This document shows positions 7,918-13,490 of a stretch of 13,490 nt of DNA, piece by piece. Position numbers and translations under genes: made by a program. Within the stretch, counting starts at the first letter, position 1. Each line of letters begins with the position of its first letter. This DNA comes from an uncultured Aquificales bacterium (GTDB lineage: Bacteria; Thermosulfidibacterota; Thermosulfidibacteria; Thermosulfidibacterales; Thermosulfidibacteraceae), in the NCBI GenBank assembly GCA_964411615.1, contig CAYPLO010000047.1:1-13490 (forward strand), in the 5' to 3' direction. A model generated the notes under the pieces. That model was given only the letters and a program-made list of their open reading frames with translations. It searched no databases and was not told the origin of the DNA.

Positions 7918-9275
7918 TCCCTGTCCTCCTCCAGCAGCTTCAGTCTGGTTCTGAGTTTGGTCCTCGTAAGTCCCAGAAGCCTTGCAGCGGCACTCTTGTT
8001 GCCCTTGGTCCTCTCCAGGGCCTGTTTTATCAGCTCCCTCTCCACCTCTTCCAGTGATATCCCCTCTGGAGGCAGCTCAACTACGTACCTGCTCTTCTGC
8101 TCTTCCCTACCAGGAGCCAGAAAGGAGAAGTGCTCCACAGTCAGCGGGAAGGTTTTTCCTGAAAGTATTATGGCCCTCTCAACGGCGTTGGCCAGTTCCC
8201 TCACGTTTCCCGGGAACGGATAGTTCTCCAGGAGCCTCACGGCTCCGGGCGTGAATACGGGCTCAGGGGGAGGACTTCCCAGGACCTTCTCTGCAAACAG
8301 CTTTGCCAGAGGCACTATGTCTTCTCTTCTCTCCCTTAGTGGGGGAATGTGTATGGGGAAAACGTTCAGTCGGTAGTACAGGTCCTCTCTGAACTTACCC
8401 TCTTCCACCAACTTCTCCAGCTGCTTGTTGGTGGCCGCTATTATCCTCACATCTACAGGTATCTCCTCCGTTCCACCCAGCCTCTGGACCTTTCTCTCCT
8501 GGAGCACTCTGAGGAGCTTCACCTGGGTTTCGAGGGGCATGTCACCTATCTCATCCAGAAAGACCGTCCCTCCCTCGGCAGCTTCAAACACCCCCTTCTT
8601 CCTCCTGGTTGCTCCGGTGAAGGCTCCCTTCTCGTATCCAAATAGCTCTGCCTCCATAAGGGTAGATGGGATGGCAGCGCAGTTCACCGCTATGAACCTC
8701 TTCTTCCCCCTGGGACTTATCCTGTGTATGTATCTGGCCACCACCTCCTTCCCAACTCCAGACTCCCCCGTTATGAGAACGGTGCTGTTCAGCTCGGCCA
8801 CCTTTCTGGCCAGCTGCATCACCTTCTTCATGGCGGGGGATTCGCAGACCAGGTCCTTGGGGAGGGTCTTGCTGTCCAGCTCCTCCTGGAGCTCCCTCTT
8901 CTCCGCAAGCAGCCTCGATATACCCAATGCCCTTTCAACGGTTATGGTCAGTCTCTCCTCGTCGAAGGGTTTGGGTATGTAGTCGACGGCTCCCATCTTC
9001 ATGGCTTCAACCGCTGACTCCACCGTGGCGTAGGCAGTTATGAAGACCACGGGCACGGGATACTCCAGGTCGTTTATCCTTCTAAGCAGTTCAAAGCCGT
9101 CCATCCCGGGCATCTTTATGTCGGCTATTATCAGGTCGTAGAGGTTGTTCTTGACCTTGGTAAGTGCTTCCTCCCCGGTTCTGGCTTCGTCTACCTCGTG
9201 CCCCTTCAGGGAGAGGGTGAGCTTGAGTATCTTTCGTATCTTTTCCTCATCATCTACCACCAGTATCTGGGCCAT
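7914..9275 (-). CDS. Sigma-54-dependent response regulator (receiver, AAA+, Fis HTH; NtrC/AtoC family)
   Basis: Receiver domain VVDDE, D52 IKMPGMDG and KPF; Walker A GESGVGKE; GAFTGA; Walker B VFLDEIGD; FREDLYYRLNV; FPGNVREL; HTH GNKSAAARLLGL. Confidence 0.97.
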   Translation of the reverse strand: MAQILVVDDEEKIRKILKLTLSLKGHEVDEARTGEEALTKVKNNLYDLIIADIKMPGMDGFELLRRINDLEYPVPVVFITAYATVESAVEAMKMGAVDYIPKPFDEERLTITVERALGISRLLAEKRELQEELDSKTLPKDLVCESPAMKKVMQLARKVAELNSTVLITGESGVGKEVVARYIHRISPRGKKRFIAVNCAAIPSTLMEAELFGYEKGAFTGATRRKKGVFEAAEGGTVFLDEIGDMPLETQVKLLRVLQERKVQRLGGTEEIPVDVRIIAATNKQLEKLVEEGKFREDLYYRLNVFPIHIPPLRERREDIVPLAKLFAEKVLGSPPPEPVFTPGAVRLLENYPFPGNVRELANAVERAIILSGKTFPLTVEHFSFLAPGREEQKSRYVVELPPEGISLEEVERELIKQALERTKGNKSAAARLLGLTRTKLRTRLKLLEEDRD

Positions 9276-10623
9276 GGCACACCCCCTCGAATAGTAGCGT
9301 AAATGTGCAGCCTTCTCCTGGTTTGCTCCGCAGCTTTATTACGCCGTTAAGGCTGTAAACCTCCTGGGCCACTATGGTGAGGCCCAGGCCCGTCCCTCCT
9401 TCCTTTCTGGTGTAAAAGGGCATGAAGACCTTGTCCACCTCGTCCTCGGGGATCCCCTCCCCGTTGTCCATCACGTTTATCCCCCATCCGCCTCCTTCTT
9501 CGTATACCTCCACCTTCACCTCTGTGGCACCCGCCTCTATGGAGTTCCTGAGCAGGTTGGACACGATGCGCTCCACCTTTTCGGGGTCCGTCTCCACAAC
9601 GACGCTTCCCGAGGGGGCCTTTAAAGCTATGTCCACCTCCGGGTGTTCTACCTTAAACTTCCCGATGATGCGGCTTAAAAGCTCGGTCACGTCTGTCTTT
9701 ATGCATTGAGGCGGTTTGATCTTGGACAGCTTCAGGAAGTCCTTTACCAGCCTGTCTATCCTCATAGTCTCCTCTTCTATGTAGTCCAGCATCTGCTGCT
9801 TGACCTCGTCGGGAACCTCCGCCTTTCTCATCAAATTCACGGCACCCTTGATGATACCCAGGGGGTTTTTTATCTCATGGGCTATGGCCAGGGAGAATTT
9901 ACCTATCTCAGCCAGGCTCCTCTGCTTGGCCAGTGTGCTGTAGCTTTCTTCCAGCAGCCTCTGGTGCTCTTTAAGGGATTCCACCATTTCAGAGAATGCG
10001 TTTGACAGCTCTCCTATCTCCTTGACGGAGCTCTTTTTGATACTTACCTCCAGGTCCCCTGCCCCCACTCTTCTCGCCGCTTCTACCAGCTCCATCAGGG
10101 GGTTCAACACGGATCTGGATATGGTGTAGTGGACGGCTACAACCACGGCAAGGAGAAGTAGTATAACGGCTATGGACACCTTAACTATCAGTCTTTCTAA
10201 CAGCTCTCTCAGAGGCGTAAGAGAGTAGTAGATGACAAGTTCTCCCACCTTCTTCGGTGAAGGTTCGGGGAACAGGAGCTGCTCTTTAAAGCCTGTGGAT
10301 AGGAGAGGCACTTTTATACTGTTGCTGGTGCTTTTCCCCTGTGTGAAGATGATTCTTCCCTCCGGATCCAGCACATCAAGCCCTATTACGGAATCGTTTC
10401 TTGTTATACCCTGGGCCACCCTTTCCAGCATCTTTCTGTTGTTCATGACTATGGCCAGCAGCACCAGGGTTGCGTAGTGCCTCGCAGTGGTTCTCAGGTT
10501 CTGCTCAAACCTGGCTATTATGACCCGGGAGAAGACCCTGTAGTTTATAGCCGTTATAAGGATGGAGAGCACGAGGGCAAAGGAGACGATTATGGCAAGT
10601 ATTCTCCTGCTTATGCTACTCAT
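9250..10623 (-). CDS. Membrane-bound HAMP sensor histidine kinase
   Basis: Two TMs around a ~110-aa periplasmic domain, HAMP (NPLMELVEAARRVGAGDL...EIGELSNAFSEM), H-box AHEIKNPL, N-box NLLRNSIEA, G1 DNGEGI, F-box FMPFYT and G2 GGTGLGL. Confidence 0.96.
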   Translation of the reverse strand: MSSISRRILAIIVSFALVLSILITAINYRVFSRVIIARFEQNLRTTARHYATLVLLAIVMNNRKMLERVAQGITRNDSVIGLDVLDPEGRIIFTQGKSTSNSIKVPLLSTGFKEQLLFPEPSPKKVGELVIYYSLTPLRELLERLIVKVSIAVILLLLAVVVAVHYTISRSVLNPLMELVEAARRVGAGDLEVSIKKSSVKEIGELSNAFSEMVESLKEHQRLLEESYSTLAKQRSLAEIGKFSLAIAHEIKNPLGIIKGAVNLMRKAEVPDEVKQQMLDYIEEETMRIDRLVKDFLKLSKIKPPQCIKTDVTELLSRIIGKFKVEHPEVDIALKAPSGSVVVETDPEKVERIVSNLLRNSIEAGATEVKVEVYEEGGGWGINVMDNGEGIPEDEVDKVFMPFYTRKEGGTGLGLTIVAQEVYSLNGVIKLRSKPGEGCTFTLLFEGVCHGPDTGGR

Positions 10624-11470
10624 GGACCTCTCCCCTCATAGAAGGGTTCAAAACCAGTCTGTAAGGGGGATCTTCGGTGGTGCATATGCCGTTTTTCATG
10701 TACCTGTTAATGATGCGGGCTGTTAGTGCTCCAACCTTGCCATAGTCGAGCAGCAGAGCGGCATAGGCTCCCCTTTTCAGGAACAGCTGGTTGAAGCCGA
10801 CAAGCTTCACCCCATGGGCTGCGGCCAGCTCGCATACCCCTTCAAGTACGTCTTCTGATGAGAAGATGCTGTCTGGAAGGGCTACAATTACTCTGTACCT
10901 GCCCACCCTTCTGGCCAGGTCTGCCAGGGGCTTCTCAACACTCACCCTGACGGGTTCCGCCTTTATGCCTTCGTTCTTCATGCACTTAGAGAGCTTTATC
11001 ACATAAGGTTCCAGCTCTTTCTGGGAGAAAAGTAGAGCAACGCCTATGCTTCCAGAGTTACCAATACCTTCCAGCGCCCTCTTCAGAACCCCACAAGTGA
11101 TATCCAGGGAGAGCCCGCAGGAGAAGAGGCGGGATTTTTGAGGATAGAGAACCATTGTGTAGAATCTTTCTTTGCCGCTGACCCTTTCTACTAGGGAGTA
11201 CGCTTTGTATCCCACTGCTATCACGTATCTGCACCTGCTCGCTTTCAGCACGGCAATTACGTGGCTGTTTCCCTGTTCCGAGGAGAGCACAATTTCATTG
11301 GCCTTTATGCTCAGGTTCCTCATGAGAGCATCCGATGCGTCTAGGTAGGGTCTTATGGCACTGGATACAACAACCTCGGCGCAGGTCTGCTCTTCGCACT
11401 GGGCCGGAGTGTAAGATACAAAGGTACAGACAAACAGGGTGAGCAGTATGATATTAAGTAATCCTGACAC
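10616..11470 (-). CDS. Periplasmic ABC substrate-binding-like protein (ABC_sub_bind / PF04392-like), orphan
   Basis: 284 aa with signal peptide. 'VIAVGYKA', 'VALPDSIFSS' and 'LVGFNQLFLKRGAYAALLLDYGKVGALTARII...LVLN' resemble this family. Overlaps the kinase start by 8 nt. Family recognised by eye. Confidence 0.75.
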   Translation of the reverse strand: MSGLLNIILLTLFVCTFVSYTPAQCEEQTCAEVVVSSAIRPYLDASDALMRNLSIKANEIVLSSEQGNSHVIAVLKASRCRYVIAVGYKAYSLVERVSGKERFYTMVLYPQKSRLFSCGLSLDITCGVLKRALEGIGNSGSIGVALLFSQKELEPYVIKLSKCMKNEGIKAEPVRVSVEKPLADLARRVGRYRVIVALPDSIFSSEDVLEGVCELAAAHGVKLVGFNQLFLKRGAYAALLLDYGKVGALTARIINRYMKNGICTTEDPPYRLVLNPSMRGEVHE

Positions 11471-11498
11471 TCCCTATCAGCATCCATAATAGTTGTAT

Positions 11499-11526
11499 TT
11501 GACTGTGCCATAATATGTGCTATCAT
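11499..11526 (+). promoter_or_regulatory. Putative sigma-70 promoter for the plus-strand arm
   Basis: TTGACT (11499-11504), a 16-nt spacer and TATCAT (11521-11526), with an extended -10 TG at 11518-11519, in the AT-rich divergent intergenic region. Confidence 0.6.
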
Positions 11527-11536
11527 TGCAAGCGCT

Positions 11537-12178
11537 ATGAGGATTCTGGCCGTGATACTTCTACTAATGCTGTCTTACACAGGTGCCTGGGGAAGTGCCA
11601 GGGAGGTGCAGGCCATATCAAGGTCGGGAATAATACCAGGTACCCGGATTGAGGAGGACAAGAGCGAGCCTGAAGATACTCCTTACATTTTGATGGGAAC
11701 CTTTGTAAGTTCAAACTTTAAAGAAGCCAAGCTCTTCGTCAAGCAGACCAGGTCGTTTGTGAAGGTGAAGGAAGGGGATACGGTAGACGACTATACTGTG
11801 GAGAGCATAGGCAAAGGGAAGGTTGTCCTAGTAAGGTCGGGCCACAGGCTTACTCTTACCACCTTCTCTAAGGAGGCCCAGAGTGCCAGAAGGTACGTAA
11901 AGGCCCAGACAGTGCAGGTTCCTTCCAGCAGAGCGCCTGGTACTCATACATCTGGAGGCGTGAAACCGAAGGTTGCTGGCAAGAGGCCACGCTCTGTTGC
12001 CCCTTTCCCTTTCTTAAAACCCTCCAGCTCCGCCTCTCGTGAACGGGGGCCGGAGAACCGTAAGGTTATAAACTTCATAGAGCTTATAAAGAAAGCCATA
12101 AGAGAGCGTGCCCGCAAAGGTGTGGAGAAGAACGTCAAAGGCAGGGTGAAAACCCTTCCCCACCATACCGGTAAGTGA
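11537..12178 (+). CDS. gspC: GspC/PilP-like protein (HR domain, no PDZ)
   Basis: N-terminal hydrophobic segment, then 'YILMGTFVSSNFKEAKL...VKEGDTVDDYTVESIGKGKVVLVRSGHRLTL', matching the GspC-HR/PilP beta-sandwich pattern, and a basic Pro/Ser-rich tail. Adjacent to a T2SS operon with no other gspC in the window. Confidence 0.7.
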   Translation: MRILAVILLLMLSYTGAWGSAREVQAISRSGIIPGTRIEEDKSEPEDTPYILMGTFVSSNFKEAKLFVKQTRSFVKVKEGDTVDDYTVESIGKGKVVLVRSGHRLTLTTFSKEAQSARRYVKAQTVQVPSSRAPGTHTSGGVKPKVAGKRPRSVAPFPFLKPSSSASRERGPENRKVINFIELIKKAIRERARKGVEKNVKGRVKTLPHHTGK

Positions 12179-12185
12179 AGAGTAG

Positions 12186-12992
12186 ATGTATATCCTTAGA
12201 AGAGTTTATCCAACTCTGAGGGTCAGTCACTTCTTCGCCAGAAGGGAGCTAAAGGGTAGGTTCTCCGGGAGCTTGCTGGGACCTCTGGTTCTTTTCGCCC
12301 AGCCTGTTCTTATGTGCATTATACTGCTTTTCGTCTTCTCCTATGTGTTTAGAGTGAAACTCCCCGGAGGGGCGGCTGCTCCGGACTTTGGACTCTTTCT
12401 CATATCGGGCTTTGTGCCGTGGATGCAGTTTCAGGAGTCGGCAACCAGGGCCTCTTCCTGTATCATTGAGAACAGGGAGCTTGTTCTTAAAACCACCTTC
12501 TCTCTAGAGTCTATAGTTATAGGGGTGAGCTCGGCTGTGCATCTTATATACCTCCCTCTCCTTGCAGTGTTTGCCCTGTACTGTGTTTACGCAAAGGCGG
12601 GACCCCCCCTGTGTTCTGTTGCTCTCTCAATGATGGAACTGGTTCTTCTCAGTTTTGTGCAACTCCTATATACTGTAGGAGTTGGTTACATCCTGTCGTC
12701 CCTCAGCGTGTACGTGAGGGACCTTTTGCAGGTGGTACCTGTTCTGTTCCAGCTGTGGTTCTATGCCACACCTATTGTGTATCCCATGTCAATGGTGCCT
12801 CAAAAGTTTAGGGTTGTTCTTTCCCTCAATCCGTGGAGGCTTTACGCAGAAGGGTACAGGAGCTTGCTGCTCTACTTTAAGCCTCTGGGCATTGAGATGG
12901 TTTCTGCTCTGCTGATAACGTCTGTGCTGACCTTCTTGGTGGGACGTTTCGTATTTGTGAGATTGAAGGATGGATTTGCAGACGCTCTTTAG
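12186..12992 (+). CDS. wzm: ABC-2 type glycan export permease (Wzm/RfbA/TagG family)
   Basis: RRELKGRFSGSLLG, FLISGFVPWMQFQES, VYVRDLLQVV...WFYATPIVYP, LNP and C-terminal FADAL; about 6 TM segments. Confidence 0.92.
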   Translation: MYILRRVYPTLRVSHFFARRELKGRFSGSLLGPLVLFAQPVLMCIILLFVFSYVFRVKLPGGAAAPDFGLFLISGFVPWMQFQESATRASSCIIENRELVLKTTFSLESIVIGVSSAVHLIYLPLLAVFALYCVYAKAGPPLCSVALSMMELVLLSFVQLLYTVGVGYILSSLSVYVRDLLQVVPVLFQLWFYATPIVYPMSMVPQKFRVVLSLNPWRLYAEGYRSLLLYFKPLGIEMVSALLITSVLTFLVGRFVFVRLKDGFADAL

Positions 12993-13490
12993 AGACGGAC
13001 TCCACCGTAGAGATGTTGTAGCTATTCTGATCCTAGCGGTGCTGCCCTGGCTCTTTTTCAGACCTCTGCCCTCAGCTGGCTGGTGGACGGGGGATGATAC
13101 AGCAATACTCTACTCTATCATCAGATACGGAGCCCTGAAGGCGTTTTACGATCCATATGTCTGGCATCATCTCTCCACAACTAACTACACCCCTATGGTG
13201 AACTTGTCCTACAAGTTGGATTACATGCTGTTTGGCATGAACCCTAAGTGGTTTTACGTACACCAGCTACTAATCGCTTCTGTTGTTCTGGTTTTGCTTT
13301 ACGTTCTGTTGAGAATCTACACAGGTTTCTTCGCTTCGTTCGGTGCTTCTCTGCTCTTTCTCACTTCTCTGCCCTTCTCTGTGCCTGTTCTCTTTATATG
13401 GTGCAGGCATTATCTGGAGGGGATGATTTTCATCATCCTGTCTTTTATAGTTCTAGAGATGTCCTGTAGGAAGGGAAGTTTTGCTCTATG
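12970..13490 (+). CDS. GT-C fold membrane glycosyltransferase (TMTC/PMT-like), partial; runs off the window edge
   Basis: Hand translation from ATG 12970 is open to the edge for 173 codons: MDLQTLFRDGLHRRDVVAILILAVLPWLFFRPLPSAGWWTGDDTAIL...NYTPMVNLSYKLDYMLFGMNPKWFYVHQLLIA...VLFIWCRHYLEGMIF. It shows TM1 followed by a DD diacid, a YRPL-like YTPM, an FGxNP motif and a WixxR-like motif. Overlaps wzm by 23 nt. Missing from the ORF track. Confidence 0.8.
   Translation, partial: MDLQTLFRDGLHRRDVVAILILAVLPWLFFRPLPSAGWWTGDDTAILYSIIRYGALKAFYDPYVWHHLSTTNYTPMVNLSYKLDYMLFGMNPKWFYVHQLLIASVVLVLLYVLLRIYTGFFASFGASLLFLTSLPFSVPVLFIWCRHYLEGMIFIILSFIVLEMSCRKGSFAL

Noticed and set aside
7914..10623. Naming the two-component pair PrsK/PrsR, PilS/PilR or NtrB/NtrC
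   Set aside because: The kinase has 2 TMs plus HAMP, unlike multi-TM PrsK or PilS and soluble NtrB, and no exosortase or PEP-CTERM gene is visible.
283..11006. Many plus-strand ORFs of 60-185 aa (e.g. 8425-8982, 4705-5217, 4097-4510, 7541-7954)
   Set aside because: All are antisense shadows of well-supported minus-strand genes, Ser/Leu/Phe/Pro-rich with no recognisable motifs.
11497..11511. Minus-strand TGGCAC, a perfect sigma-54 -24 half-site, upstream of the operon
   Set aside because: The sequence is TGGCACAGTCAAATA; the -12 position reads AATA rather than TTGC, so the essential GC is absent.
13072..13469. ORF-track calls 13072-13263 (-) and 13248-13469 (+)
   Set aside because: These are alternative frames within the GT-C gene that starts at 12970.
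10616..13490. Apparently lower GC on the right side and around gspJ/GNAT, suggesting horizontal acquisition
   Set aside because: Only spot-checked by eye. It can be explained by T-rich codons of membrane proteins, and no integrase, transposase, tRNA or flanking repeats were seen.

Overview
Gene-dense window from a diderm (Gram-negative type) bacterium. The AGG/ATA-rich codons and Lys/Glu/Arg-rich proteins suggest a thermophile, but this is an impression only. A 66-bp divergent promoter region (11471-11536) separates two arms. The minus-strand arm is one tightly overlapped operon of at least 11.4 kb: orphan periplasmic binding protein, HAMP histidine kinase, sigma-54 (NtrC-type) response regulator, TonB-dependent receptor, GNAT acyltransferase, then type II secretion genes in non-canonical order (gspJ, gspI, gspL, gspM, lipoprotein secretin gspD, gspH-like), then a signal-peptide protein running off the left edge. 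The plus-strand arm encodes a GspC/PilP-like protein, a Wzm-type ABC-2 glycan-export permease, and a GT-C-fold (TMTC/PMT-like) membrane glycosyltransferase that the ORF track missed and that runs off the right edge. By inference, the locus is a sensor-linked, dedicated secretion plus glycosylation system. gspL probably starts at a non-canonical CTG that overlaps the gspI stop codon. I saw no RNA genes, CRISPR arrays or mobile elements.
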